Under the pieces are notes generated by a model, which did not search any database, was not told where the DNA came from, and saw nothing but the letters and a program-made list of their open reading frames with translations. A DNA stretch of 64,000 bases from the NCBI RefSeq assembly GCF_009914755.1, contig NC_060929.1. The stretch is one strand, 5' to 3'. Numbering within the stretch: position 1 is the first letter of the stretch; each line of letters begins with the position of its first letter. The translations under genes were made by a program, and so were the position numbers. This DNA is from the human T2T-CHM13v2.0 reference genome, Homo sapiens. This document shows positions 44,367 through 61,859 of this stretch, piece after piece.

Positions 44367-45249
44367 AGTTTCCAGTCTGCATCTCCCCTCCTCTGATGTT
44401 CTTGATTAATCACATTCTGAGGTACAGCTTGGAGCCTGGCCTGAGCCATCAGTGAGCGGAGGCAGATATATTGGTCAAAACAATTACAGAGATGGGTCAG
44501 AGCATCAGAGGCTTTGGCCGCAAGTGCTGGCGATTAAGTTAGAATCCTTTGGACAAATGGATTAGTGCTGACTGGATGGGCTCACTCAGACAAAGGGAAA
44601 TAAAAGACAACTTTCATCAAGACTAAGCTGCATCTCCCAGCCAGGCAGCCATCGTCAGTGCCTAGGAATGTCTGTTCTGGGACGCAGGGTCCAATTTGCC
44701 TCATTAGCCGGGACGCTGCACCTGCATTGGACAGGAATATGGTCCAAATTTGGAGGCCTAAGAGGAGAAAATCTAAGCCAACCTCTGTTGCTTCCAGAAG
44801 ATTCCAGTCTTATGAAGTGAGACATCTGTCTCATTTGGGGTCAGATAACCACTGGACCCCAAGTTTACGAACATAGATACTTTGCAGTAAGCCAAGGGGC
44901 TTCCAAGAAATATGGCTGGTCTCAGAGTTGAACTGTGTTTGGGTTGACAGTGGCCTTTTAAATTCTCTGGCATCACCAGAGCCTGGCTGATGGGACCTTG
45001 CCTTTAATCAACACCGAGTAAAGAAACCTTCCAGGTGTGGGCTGGGGCTGCAGGGTACGGACTTTCCTGCTGTGTTCTCCTCCCCCTTGAGATGTCGGGG
45101 GACAAGGGCTTGGTTTGAGGTTTCCCGTGTGTTTCTTTGATGGAAGCACTGGGACCTTTGAAAATCAATCAGTAATATTCCTTCTGATTGGGGAAATCAG
45201 GGAGAGCAAACTGATCCCTATCTTTAAGGAAAGGTGGGATTTAGGCCAA

Positions 45250-45420
45250 CATTTCTCACATCTGATTGCAGCTTAGAATTGCATGGGGCAGAGCAGTTAA
45301 AAAACTAACGCGTGGGATCTATCCAGACATTTCTCATGTAATTGTCTGGGGTGAGGCTCAGACATCCAATATTGTTTCTAAATCTCTTTAGCTGACGTTA
45401 ATTGGCCAGGGTTGAGACAC
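45250..45420. mobile_element. MER5-like fragment
   Basis: tttctcacatctgattgcagcttagaat...tctggggtgaggctcagacatc...gccagggttgaga. Confidence 0.55.
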
Positions 45421-45469
45421 TCGGATTTCAGGTCCTCAACCGAAAAGAGAGTTTGTGTGTGCACTGTGT

Positions 45470-45612
45470 CCTGTCTCTCTAATTAGATGATAAACTCCTG
45501 GAGAGCAAGGATGGGGCCCCGTGTTTGGCATCTTCTCCCGCAGGGTTTAATGGAGTGCTGTACACCTTGGGTTCTCAATAAGCATTTAAATACAAATGCT
45601 TGGATGCATGAG
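45470..45612 (+). mobile_element. L2 3' end
   Basis: tagatgataaactcctggagagcaagg...ctcaataagcattt...atgcttggatgcatg. Confidence 0.6.
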
Positions 45613-46789
45613 CAAACAGCATTACTCTCTCAGAAATCTCATCCACTTGAGGCAGTGACAACTATTTTAAATACACTGCAATGCAGAGGCCCCTTTAAGG
45701 ATGTCTGGGCCAGCTGGCCCTGCCACAATTACACTCAGCACCATTGTAACTGCTGAAGAAATGTCTAGACAGAAAAACCTTCCAGGCAATGAAAGGTAGA
45801 AGGTGTTTAGGGTGTATATATATATGTATATATTTAATTTTTGTTTTTGGCGAGTCTCAGGTAAAGAAAACAGAGAAGCCTCATCATAGGCAGATTATTT
45901 CCTTCTGTGACTTGCTGGGGAGGATTATCTCATTATCTGATTTTCCTTAGGGAAGTAAGACAAGACAATAGTGTCCCTTGTCTAAAAACTTCTGGAAGGA
46001 TCCTCTGCAATTATCTAGATATACCATTATGATTCAAGTACCTGCGGGTCTGACCACTTCATTGATAAAGAAGGTTTATTAAGGAAATTAACAAAATCAC
46101 CAGAAAATAGAGAGGTAAGTAAGAAGAACAAGTCAAGAGAGGGTGGAACTGGAGTTTAGAATGAAACCTTCCAATACAAGCCGTCTTTGCTAAATAACAC
46201 TATCATCCATAGACTTTATTTTTAAAAAATGATGAGCATTTTGAATTTTAAAGGAAGCAAACACAACAGGGAGGAATTATGAATCAAGAATTTGATTGAG
46301 ACTGGATGAAGCATCACAATTAAGCGCTTAAAATACCATAAAAAGTAAATTTCTTGCCTTCCTTTTCCTTCTGCTTTTTTTCCTTTCTCTTCTTTCCTCC
46401 CTCCCTTCCTTTTCTTAACACTAATTGAGCTGAGAAGCAAAACTTACCATCACATTTACTCAAAATGGTCATGATCTAATGGGGGAGACAGGAGGTGGCA
46501 TCAGGAGCTCCGGCCCAGGGTAGAATGTGAGATGCTCCCAAAGGGAAGGGAGCTTTGCAAAGGGGACAAGATGTTTTAGAAAGAGGAGAAGCAGCATTCA
46601 CAGATGAGTCCGGAACAGATTCTCAGAATCTGAAAGGCCATCTAAGGCCAACTTATCCAGGGTCCCTTATGGGATCCTAAACTGTCAGTGGTTTTATGAC
46701 CTTTCTTCAGTATCTGTAGTCATTCAATTGCCAGACAGGTCAGCATCCCAAAGACAAATGATAGACAAAGTCTGTATCTGTCGATATCC

Positions 46790-47330
46790 ATCAGGACTTC
46801 TTTGGTTATAAGAGACAGGAAATTGACAACCTGGTTGAAGCAAAAAAGGTAAAGGTAATTGAGTGCCTCATAGCACTGAAATGTTCAGAAAATAGTCCTG
46901 GCTTCAGTCGAGACTGAATGTAGGGGCTCAAATGACATCTACTCTGAATCTCTCAGCTTTGCTTCCCTCAGGTGTTGCTTCCTTGTTAGGCAGGCTTTCC
47001 CCTTGTGAAGGCAAGACAGCCACCACCTGCCCAAAGCTCCTGTCTGCTCAGCAACCCAGGCGGAAGAGGGCAGCTCTTTCCTGCTAGCCTTGGGCAACTC
47101 TCAGGCCAGCTGGAGTCAGGGCTGATGCCTAGACTAATCACTGTGGCCAGGGATGGAGGACACGAATGGACCAGGCCTGCTACAGAAACACCCCTGGGGC
47201 CAGACAGCGGACACAGCTCCACCCAAATCATTGAGAGTAGGGATGGGGCTGCTCCCCAAAACAAAACCTGGGGACTGAGACCAGAAGGGGCAATGGGCTC
47301 TGGCCAGTCAAAAACAACCCAAGTCCCCTT
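46790..47330 (-). mobile_element. Old MaLR LTR (MLT1-like)
   Basis: tcaggacttctttggttataagagacagga...ctaatcactgtggccagggatgga. Confidence 0.6.
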
Positions 47331-47469
47331 CAGTACAAAACACATACATCTATAAATCAGAAGAACAATTCATAGGAAAAATAAAGTAAAAAGGTAAAAA
47401 TTCCCCCCCAAATCCCACAGCGTATATATAATGAACATATTTGCATTCAAAACCTTTTTCCTGTTCCTA

Positions 47470-48050
47470 AGCTAAAATGCCCCTCTACAGTTCTTATCCA
47501 ATGACCCTAACTCCACCTTCCTTAGCTACATAGCAAAGGTTAACTCCTTTTAGAAAGCAGAAGACACCCTCCAAATGTTTGAAGACAGCTCTCATGTCCC
47601 TGCCAAGTCTTCCTTTCAGCCCAGTATTCTACCTGTGCCTCAGTTGTTCTGGTTTCCTGACCCACTGGGTCATGGCCGTGATCCTGCCTGAGGCTGGCTG
47701 CAGTTGGTCCATTCCTTCTTGACATGAGCTGCCTGGATCAGACCTCAATCCTTGATAGTGTGGATGGGCAAAAGGGGGCTGCCATTTCCCTTGCTCCGCA
47801 TACCACCTTTTGTTCACAAAGCCTCTGATGACATTCACTCTCTTGGCAGCTCTGGCCCTCTGCTGGTTCATGCAGAGCCCAGAGTCCACCCAAACTCCCA
47901 AAAGCCTAAGTCCTCCCCAGAACACCTAGCCTCCCCCATTCCACACCACTGAATTCACAATTTGAACCTCAATGCAGGATATTGCAGGATATCACATGCA
48001 TGTTGACTAAGCTTTCTGGTTGTTCCATTTTGGTTTGCTTTAGTTCCAGC
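47470..48050 (-). mobile_element. L3/CR1 LINE remnant
   Basis: Minus ORF 47629-47925 LGVWVDSGLCMNQQRARAAKRVNVIRGFVNK resembles the CR1 ORF2 post-RT motif LGV.VD.KL.MSQQC..AAKKAN.ILG.I.R. Confidence 0.75.
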
Positions 48051-48639
48051 CCGAGAGATGGTGTAGAGCCCCCTACTGCCACGCATGTGTCAGCTCTCTG
48101 ACTCAATGGGAGTCAGAAGCACGTTGACCCAGGTGTGAGTCATAGGTGGGAGGGTGACAGGACCGAGCCAAGGCTACAGCACACACGTAGAGTGCTCACC
48201 TTGTTCAGCACACACTTAGAGTGTTCACCTTGGGTTGGCACCAGTGTGAGCATCTGTGGATGACCAGCTCTGATGCTCGCAAACTGTGCTGCCATCTATG
48301 CTGTACTTCCCTATCTGGTCACTAGAGGAAAGGAGATGACCTTTAGCCTGGGGTGAAAGTGGCTGGAATTTCAATAGAGATGGGGAGTGGGACTGGGGGC
48401 GATTTCTAGGTGTCAGAGCTCCACATATAAAACATGAGAGAGGGAAAGGCAGCCACCCTTGAGAGAGAAGCCCCTGAAGAGAGGGAACAGGTAGGGAATA
48501 AGCAGACGGCGAGAACCCTGAGGGCCTGCGTGTCAGTGAGGAGCCCGCCATTCAAGACGTTTGGAGCAGAGGCCTGATGGACTCGGAACTGCCCTATAGG
48601 AATACCCCGGGCTGCTGGGCAGGGAGGAGTGAGGCCACA

Positions 48640-50660
48640 GTAGCAGACTAGAATCTACATAAAGGAAGTTAAAGTCCCTAATCAGGACATAATGGTGGTG
48701 AGGATAGGGTGGGGGAACAGAGAAAAGGCATTCCAGAAATCAACTCAAAAGGACTTCGCAACTGTGTGTGTTTTGGGGCTGAACTGGGAGGTATAGAGAA
48801 AGAGTGATTAAAGATAACCCTAGGGTTTTAAACCAGAGGAAACTGGAAAGTGTTAATACCTGGATCAAAATTAGAATAATCAGAAAGAGCAATGGATTTG
48901 GAAAAAGAGAAATTGTGAAGGAAGAATTAGACTTTAGGTAAGTCGGTAGTATTGGTGGGATTCTGATGATGAGTGGCAGGTGGTTAGAAAAATGAGGGCA
49001 GGCATTTGTGGAGAAGTTGGAATTGGAGGTGACAATTTGGTTTGTTATATAGAAATAAGAATTGAAGCTTCAGAATTGGTGTGTTCAATATGGAAGAATG
49101 TGAATGCTGGTGAGGGCTGTGGACAGGTAAGTTGCGAGTGATAAAGTATTCTGCAATGGAAATTTCTATCATTAGCATCAGGATCCCATGCATGAGATAG
49201 GAGGAGAATAAAAAACCAATGAAGGAGAAAGAGAATGTAGGTGGAAATCTGAGATACTGCAGATCATCATAACCATAATTTGTCAAGACTTTTTTTTGCA
49301 AGTGATAAGAAACAATTCAAATTGGTTTAATAAAAAAAGAGATATATTGCCTCATATAACTGGTAAGTCCAGGGTAGTCCACATTCAGACGCATTCAGTG
49401 GCTCAAAGACATTGAGACTTATTTTTACTCCTACGCTGTATTCTACTTTCCTCTGTTGGCTCAGGACTCTTCTCTTTATGGTGACAAAATAGCAGTCAGG
49501 AACTCCATTCTATCTTCTGCCGCAGGAGGAACAAACAGTTCCAATGGTTGCCATTACATGCTCACCTCTGAGCCAATCTCTGGGGCCAAGAGGTGGCTAT
49601 GCTCGGATGTGAAGCCACACTCAGCTCTGACTTGCTGGTCTTGGAGAGAGCAGCACCTCAACCTGGACACTGAAAATGGGATGCTGAGGGTGGGAGAGGG
49701 TTGGTTCCCTAGAGGAACACTGGGGTGCTGCTCCCAGAAGAAGGTAGAATTGACACAACCAAGACAGTGACTATCCACTACAGAAACCAAGGGAAGAACT
49801 TCAGGGAGGGTTGTAGTCAACAGTGACAAATGATGCGGAGAGGATGACGAAGAGAAGTGAATGGGCACAGACTTCAGACATGGTGGCTGAGTCATTTGTT
49901 TCTTTCAAAGATTGTAAATATGTGAGGAAAACAGATTTTAGTGGGTGAAGGGATGGGTGGGAGTAGAAACACTACAAAGGCAGGCAGGCATCTGCTATTT
50001 CAAAGAAGTCCATCCGTGAAAGGAAGCAGACAGACTAGCTTTCCCCCAATTCTGTCCCACAATTACTGAGCGAGACGCCGTGCTAGGAATTGGAGCCCCA
50101 AGATTAATAATTCCCAGTCTACATTCTCAAGAAGCTCAACGCTTGGAAAGGAAGAGATAATTGTAAATGAATAAATTATGGGGAGAAGGAATACGTCATG
50201 ATTCCAAGGTTTCAGAGCGGGAAGTTACAACAATGAGAAGCTGATATTAAGCCAGAGCTATCACAGAAGACAGAATGATGAAATCAGTCTGAGTGTACAA
50301 GGAAAGGCTTTTCAGGGGAGGTGGTACCTGAGCTGGGTTTTGTAGAATGAATGGGAGCTCATTTTAGGAAGCAAGATGGGGAAAGCAGTGCCAGGCAAAA
50401 GCAAACATTCCTTAAGAGGTTCACAGACGCGTACTGCTACAGGGAAAACTCCAGAGGATGGGAAGAGTAGGCAGGGAGGCCTGTGTGATATGCTGAGGGG
50501 TGTGGGGCAGGGGCAGTGAAGGGTTTTTAGGTCAGTGCAAGGCAATGTCAGATTAGCGTGCTAGAAGAACCTCTCTGGACTCAGTCTGGAGGGAAGCCTG
50601 GGGGAGACCGAGGGGCCAGTTCAGAGGATGTGTTGATAGTCATGTAAAGGAGTGACCAAG
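48640..50660 (-). mobile_element. L2 fragments
   Basis: taaagataaccctagggtttt, tgctaggaattggag, ggaggtggtacctgagctgggttttgtagaatga. Confidence 0.65.
49280..49785 (-). mobile_element. Old MaLR LTR (MLT1-like) within L2
   Basis: tgtcaagactttttttgcaagtgataagaaac...catataactggtaagtccaggg...ctgagccaatctctggggccaag. Confidence 0.6.
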
Positions 50661-51009
50661 TCCAGCACAAAGAAGGCGGGGACAGGGAAGAGGGGAAAGA
50701 GTGAGAGGAGCACCAGGAGAGGGGAGAGCCCGTAAGACAGTGAGAGGGAGGCAAGCTTTGAAGACAGGTGATGGGGCTGAGGGCAGGAGGAAATGCATCC
50801 CTGGAGAGGGTGACGCCAGAGGTGCAGGTGGGAAACGGGTAATGGGAGGAGGCAGAGAAGGTGGGCTCAGGCATGGGTGGAGGCGGAGAGAGGCCAAGCA
50901 GTCAGAGAGGAGGAAAGATGGAGAATATGGATAAGAACCCAGGGCAAGAGTGAGAGAGGCAGGAGAACAGTTGAAGAGCTTTCCTTCTCTCCATGAAGAA
51001 AGCAGTGAG

Positions 51010-51332
51010 GGCCAGGCATGGTGGCTCATCCCTGTAATCCCAGCACTTTGGGAGGCCGAGGTGGGCGGATCACCTGAGGTCAGAGGTTCAAGACCAGCCT
51101 GGCCAACTTGGTGAAACCCCCGTCTCTACTAAAAATACAAAATGTAGTTGGGCGTGGTGGCAGGGGCCTGTAATCCCTACTACTTAAGAGGCTGAGGCAG
51201 GAGAATCGCTTGAACCCAGGAGACGGAGGCCGCAGTGAGCCAAGATTGTGCCACTGCTCTCCAGCCTGGGTGAAGAGTGAGACTCCGTCTCAAAAAAAAA
51301 AAAAAAAAAAAAAAGAAAAGAAAAAAGAAAAA
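51010..51332 (+). mobile_element. AluS element
   Basis: Full dimer, long A tail, perfect TSD aagaaagcagtgag. Confidence 0.95.
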
Positions 51333-51502
51333 GAAAGCAGTGAGATCACCTGTCACTATATGTGGGCTGCAAATTTCCCTTTGGGGAAAATGGGGATAGT
51401 AACAGAAGCAATGGATCACTGAATCACATCAACTCCACCCCAGCTGTCCCCTCCTCTCCATTCTTCTGCCATTTGCCTCTCCCAGGTCTTCATTAACTAT
51501 AC

Positions 51503-51685
51503 CAGTGGTTCTCAGGGTGGGTGTGGGGTGCTTGAACCAACCTTGATCATCCTGGGAGCTCCTTAAAACTCTCACCCACCCTAGCATCTGATTCAGGAGG
51601 TCTAGAGTGAGCCATGGGCATGTGTGTTTCCAGAAAATCTCATATAGGAGAGATTCTGAAATGTATCACACAACTTAGAATTACT
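51503..51685. mobile_element. MER5-like DNA transposon
   Basis: cagtggttctcagggtggg...tctgattcaggaggtctagagtgagcc. Confidence 0.6.
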
Positions 51686-52579
51686 AAGGTTCATAGGACT
51701 GAGTCCCGGAATTTGCCATGTTGTGGGAGAAGACGGGGTGGAATCATTTGCAGAAGCTAGGTGGGTGTAAGTGACTCAGGAAAGGAGGACAAGGAGGAGG
51801 TGGCTGTGCCAGCAGATACGGGAAGGAGCGGGGGCTCCTATTCTCACATTCAGCAGATACGCCTCTCCCAAGCATCACTAGGCCAATCCCCACCCTTCCC
51901 AGGCTGCCCTTTTTATAACTTTATTTCCCCTTCAGTATTTCCCTTGATGTTCACTTTAGCCTGTGGGCCACCAGCATCAACATGCAGGGTCACAAAATGT
52001 GATTTGCCAGTGAGCACACAACAGACTAAGAACTATCAAAGCTGAGCTGAGGATAATCATGATTTTCTGAAATATCATGGCCATTCTTCTGAAGGCAAGG
52101 AATAAAACTGGGGAGAAAACCCACCCCCACACACACGGAAACTTGACAATGAAAAGGCACTGGGTACCTTCAAAAGTTGCACGAGTTTGTGTGCAGCACT
52201 GCCCTCTGCTGGTCAGAATCAGACCTGCAGCTGTAAGGCAACAGCATCTGACTTCTGGATTTTACGGTAAAGAGGACAGGTTAGTTGGGCTTCCGAGTCA
52301 TTGTAGGTCAAGTCACACACTATCATTAAGTCCACATGTGTGACTCTTCAGGTACAAACTGAGCCTGAAACTTTAGGCTTGGAGGTTTCCAGTTAACTAT
52401 ATTCAAATAAAGACGCAACTGCCTAGGAAAAACACGAAGTCCCTGAATAATTTCTTTGTAAAATATTTGGGTGTGCATGTAATGGATACAGTCACCTGGA
52501 GACAAGTTGCAGAGGTAGAAATCTTTCCTGGAGTCAATGAATGAATTTTTTAAAAGTCTGATAATTCTATGCTGTTAAT

Positions 52580-52775
52580 AATCATGGCCAACATTTACTG
52601 AACATATATGGTTATTGGCATCTTCTGTGCATTACATCAACTAACTTTCCTAACAACCCAATAAGACAAGAACAATTATCATCTGTACTTATAGATGAGG
52701 TAACAGGTATAAAAGAGTCCAAGGCCACAAAATCTTGGCAGAGAAAGAGATTACACCCAGAACTTACTATACAGC
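52580..52775 (-). mobile_element. MIR
   Basis: aacatttactgaac...aacaaccc...atagatgagg...ccaaggccaca. Confidence 0.65.
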
Positions 52776-52784
52776 CTCCTTGTT

Positions 52785-53225
52785 AAGGTCATACCAACTG
52801 CTTTATTACATAGACACCAAAATACGTAATTGCTCTAACATCATAGATGTTTTATTTTGTGCTTCTATAATGGTCCCAAGTAGGTGTTTCTTGTGACTGG
52901 GTGCCTCTCCTCCTCCAGGTGCTGCAATTCCGGGACTCAGATTCCTTCAGGCTTGTGGCTCCTCCACCATGATCTGGGTCTGGTTATTTTCATACACATC
53001 TAGCCACCCAGAAGAAGAGAAAAGAGCAAGGAGAAGGCACTCCTGCTTCTTAAAAAACAGCTGTGGCTCACAGGCCAATGGAAAGAACTATTCTTCTGGC
53101 CACACGTAGATGCAAAGGAGGCTGGGAAATGCTGTCTCTGGCTGGTCAGCCTCTTTCCAGCACCAGTGCCACATCATGAAAGGGGAGGCAGGGATTTTGG
53201 TGGTCAAGGGCCACCTCTGCCCTCT
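52785..53225 (-). mobile_element. Old MaLR LTR (MLT1-like)
   Basis: gggactcagattccttc...tggccacacgtagatgcaaaggaggctgggaaatg. Confidence 0.6.
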
Positions 53226-53389
53226 CTCTAGTAAATATGATGGATGGTTCACTGATTTAAGCCACACCTTTGGCCACTACCCCAGGTGAACACCACAGCG
53301 AGGTCCTGAGACTGGGTTCCTTTAGCAATAAATCCTTGGAAGGTGCCTTTCCTCTTGACAAAGCACTTTTACACCTTTACATTTAAATT

Positions 53390-53540
53390 ATCCTATTTAA
53401 TAATTTAATTATTCCATTTCATCCTCACAACTCCTGTGAGGTGGGTTAATTGCCTTTATTTCACAGCTAAGGAAAATGAGGCTAAGCCGTCGGGTGGTTG
53501 CCCAAATTCCTACAGCTGGGATTCAACCAGTTTATTCTCG
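53390..53540 (-). mobile_element. MIR
   Basis: atcctcacaactcctgtgaggtggg...aggaaaatgaggct...gggattcaacc. Confidence 0.65.
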
Positions 53541-54149
53541 TTGCCAGATCCTGGAAATAGTGGCAGCTGCTAAGCTTAAGTGGAGTTTGACCAAAAAGCT
53601 TTATGGTAGAGAGAGAGAAGTGGGCAGAGCTGTGAGCAGAAACAGGCGCTCACAAATTCGTGGCCTGAAACGACACTGCTCATTAAACCTTGTGACTTTT
53701 GGTCCAGTCTCTGCCAGAAATTCTAAAGTTGGAAAAAGTTGAGAGAGAAGGGAGGAGTGACAACTGCAGGCTGCTGGAGAAACAGCAAGGTTCTCAGAAT
53801 TTTTCTTCTACCTTGATCAAATGTCACAGAAGGTATAGAACCATGACTTACATTTCACAATTTAATGATTTACATTGCAGATTTCATTTACCTTGGACGA
53901 TCCTATCATGTTCTTTGTCGTTGTGGATTTTTCCTTCTGGAAACTTGTGAGGGGACTTCATTTCCCTCCCATACGCCCCCTCACCACTTTTAGTCTTATC
54001 AGAGTCTCTGATAACAGTCTAGTAATGAGGGACTATCGTTACTTTTATTCTCACCAAGCTTTCATTCTGGGCTAGTTTAAACATTTCAAGTTTTATTTTA
54101 TATTTTTATTGTGCAATGTTTAAAATACACAATAAATTTAAAGTGTTAG

Positions 54150-58050
<3,901 letters not shown>

Positions 58051-59239
58051 AATATCTTAAACATACCCATTTAAAAACCTTTTCATATTGTTCCATTGCT
58101 GTAATTTATAGGGTGTAAATTTTCCCAACTATTTCATCTGTTGACGGTATTTTAAGATAATTCCTTTTTTCATGGAATTAGAGATATTTTACCATGAGCT
58201 CATCTTCAGGAGAAATAGTTTCCTGCTGTGTCCCATGAGGCTGTACTGTGCAGGCATATGTGTCATTTGGTTCATTATTTGCCTTTGCTGCGTTCATTCT
58301 TAGATAATTTTTATGTTTACTTTTTAATTGTAACTTCCTTTAGTTATGGTTTGGAGGAATTCTGACTAACACCCACACAGGGTGCAATTTTGGAAGTTTG
58401 ATTTTTGGAGGTCTACTCTTTCACCACCCACAATGTTGGACAGATGGTCAACTTCCTGATGCATCCTTAGACCAGTGGGCAGAGTTCTTCTAGTCCTTAT
58501 TTCCGGAAGGAAGATTACTTTCTGGCTTTTAGCTTTATTCAAAGAGGTCCGTTCAGCTTCTTATCACCTGCAGGCCTGAGGCCTAATCCTCTGCTCCTGT
58601 GGGTTTTAAAACCTATGCTAGCACCGGTTTCTGATATCCCTATGGACCATTTGCTTTTAACACCTGCTCAATTTTATGAGTTTGCGTTTCTACTTCCTTT
58701 TTGGACCTAGGAGTTTTTCTTACTTAGTTTAGAATTTGGCTATGAAATGGCAACGATAACAACGACAAAAGTAACATTTTTTTGTTGTTATAGTTTACCC
58801 AGCTTTTATATGGGTTTGCAGCATAATGGGAACTTCCCACATCAGTTCAACCTGTGCCATTGACCAGGATTTCCTGATGGCCCCTTAAGTGATTCTGACA
58901 CATGCTCTTTCCTGACATAGACAGGAATACTTAACTTCAGACTATCTTGGACCTCAGCAAGTAAAATATTCCAGTTGTTTCTATACATTCGGTCACTTAG
59001 CAACTTTTTCCATGCCCTCCTTTCTACTCTTTTAAATACAAACATTTGTTGAGCATCTATTTTTTGCAAGGAACTGAGCTTGTTATCTGGCATAGAAAAC
59101 TTAATGAAGTGAGATCCCTTCCTTGTAAGAAAGACATCACTTTCTATGGCACAGAGCCAGGGGCCAACTTTTGTGCACTATAGTAAGTACCTGAAATAGA
59201 GTTAGGAGCAATGCATTTACAGGGAAATGTTGCTTAAAG

Positions 59240-59550
59240 GTTGTTTGTTTCTGTGTTTTGGTTTTCTGTTTTGGTTTTGAGACAGGGTCTCACTCTGTTA
59301 CGCAGACTGCAGTACAGTGGTGTGATCTCGGCTCACAGAAACCTCTGCCTCCGAGGCTCCATGCGATCCTCCCACCTCAACCTGGGACTACAGGCGTGCA
59401 CCACCACCCCTGGCTAATTTCTGTATTTCTAGTAGAGACGGGGTTTCACCATGTTGCCCAGGCTAATCTTGACCTCATGGCCTCAAGTGATCAACCCACC
59501 TCGGCCTCCCAAAGTGCTGAGATTACGAGTGTGAGCCTCTGCACCTGGCC
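59240..59550 (-). mobile_element. AluJ element
   Basis: gagacagggtctcactctg...gcacctggcc, diverged. Confidence 0.9.
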
Positions 59551-59721
59551 TGTTGCTTGAAGATTTTGTGTATGAATGTGAAACAGATATGACCATGTGT
59601 TTGTCTTCTTTTGCATATCCTGGGAATAATGAGTAAGAGTGGGAAAGCAGCCCACAGGGAGTAGGAGAGAGAACATTGCAGAGAATTAGGGCCCTTGGCT
59701 ACTAGTTCTTGTTGCTAACCA

Positions 59722-59872
59722 GTCCAGGGACTCTCAACCCCAGCTGCCCTTCAGACCCCACCCACCTGAGGTCCTGACTCAGCTGTTCTGAAGTGGGCTC
59801 CAAACATCTACATATTTAGATTTGGATGTTTCTGTAGGTGATTTTAATGTACAGTTAGGACTGAAAACCACT
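59722..59872. mobile_element. MER5-like fragment
   Basis: cagggactctcaacccc...aggtgattttaatgtacag...gactgaaaacca. Confidence 0.6.
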
Positions 59873-60527
59873 CACCTAATTAGATGACTTTGGGTAAATT
59901 ATTTTAATCTTTATTCCTTCTGTGCCTTAGTGTCCTCAAGTATCAAATGAAGCAGGTAATTTCCAGATCCAGAAATCCACTCTAACACGTAATAGTTGCC
60001 CAAGAGGGGGCTATTTTTGTGACATTTGTTATTATTGTTTTTGTTATTAATACTATTACATAATCTCACTGATTTTTAGAAGCTTAGTCTTTTTACTGAC
60101 AGAAAAGTATCAGTAAACTCAAATGGCAAGCAGACTAGTTTTTCTATCATCCAATGTTATAATTTGGTTTCCAGAAATTATTAGGTAATGGTAATTGATA
60201 TAACAGCTTTGCCCATTAGATCACCTGCCTTTACACACTGTACTATAAAATAATGGACTGAGTTTTATGACTTGTGGAATCCACCGTATTGATTTATAGT
60301 CACAGCTCAGGGCTGTGTGTGGGTAGGCACAAAAGTGTGAACACTAATTGTTAGTGAACCCATTTGGAGGACTACAGAGAGGTGCTCAGAGGCCAGGGTT
60401 CCAAATGTTTCTCATTAATTATCTTCAAAACAAACTCTCAGCGTAAGAGCCCCAATTAGGGAGCAACACATGGTTTAGAAAGCCCTGGTGGTAAATTTCC
60501 TGATGTACTGGATTTCATTTTGGGAAT

Positions 60528-60775
60528 TAGTGTAGTGCAATGGAAAAAATGTGAACTCTGGAGCCAGCCAGACTGGGTTCAAATTCTGGCCTTACCACTT
60601 ACCAGCTTTATGACCCTGAGCAAGTTACTCTGCCACTTTGCACCTCAGTTTCCTCATCTGATATATGGAGATGATGATAATGGTACCTACCTCACAAAGC
60701 TATTGTGGATGAAATCAGTTAATTCATGCAGAGTACTTAGAACAGTGCCTGGAACATGCAAACATTCAAGAAGTC
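60528..60775 (+). mobile_element. MIR (near full length)
   Basis: ctctggagccag...ctgggttcaaattctggc...cctcagtttcctcatctg...cttagaacagtgcctgg. Confidence 0.88.
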
Positions 60776-61859
60776 TCAGATGCAACTTTTGTACCAAGAC
60801 AAAGATCTAATCCATAGGAACAAATAATAAAGAAAATTGAGGCAAATGTCAGGGTGGTTGTGATGGTATTTGGGGGGTGGGTTGGCCTTGACTGAAGTCC
60901 TTACCTGGCACGGGCTAATCCTTCTACATGGAAAGCCAACGTTGCCTGGGCACAAGCCCGCTCCTGAGTGGCCAGACTGATGAGGACGGAGGATCCTGCA
61001 GATGAAATATTGTTGGATCAGGCACCGGATGGCTCATTCCCTCCATCTTTCTTTTTGGTCTCTCCCTCACTTCTTTTTTGTCCTCCTCTCTCCCCCTCCT
61101 CTTTCTTCACGCTAAGCCAGGCCTTTGCCACATCAGCCTCACCAATAGGACCCTCAGGGATTGCGGTCCCATAAGCAAGTCTAACTTGAGTCCTTGGCCC
61201 AGTTCCTGGCGCTTCATTTTAGCTTCTCCCATCCCAAGTGGGGCTCTTGTGGCCCATTCTTCTCCTTCTTCCCAAGAGATGGCTCAGCTGCCTGCAGATG
61301 AGCCTCCTGGGTCCCAAATAGAAGAGAGTCTTGCTGACTGGGAAGGGGTGGGTGGCTGCTCGGGCTTGCTCTTTCCCTGGCAAAGCCTTTTCTCATACAC
61401 ACATTTTGCTCAGGGCAGTTTTTGGAACACAGACATGCCAAGCCGACCTCACCTCTTGTTAACTGGGACTGAGGAGTCAAGTCCGTTTTGGTCTTAATTA
61501 AAAGAACATGAGGATCAGGGTCAACTGTGCAGAAGAATCAGGAGCAAAGTAAAGAGATTAAAGCCATGCTTTGTTCTCATCAGAAAGTTTGATGTTTTGA
61601 GAATATTGAGTTGTTATTGAGTCCTCCGCAGTATCTCTCAGGAGGAGAACAAAATTGGCCCATAGAAGGCAAACTGACTGATCCCACCCCTTTCACAAAT
61701 TCTTCTTAGCAACTTGTTTTCATGAAATTGAGAAGCAGTATGATGTTGTATAAAGAGCAGCGACTCTCATTCTTCACTTTAATAATTTTTGTGGACCTCT
61801 GAAAATGCGAGCTTCGCTACTCTCCCATAGCCCTACTTTGGTATCCACATTTCAACCAG

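Noticed and set aside
47972-47991. 10-bp tandem duplication tgcaggatat
   Set aside because: Ordinary slippage microduplication
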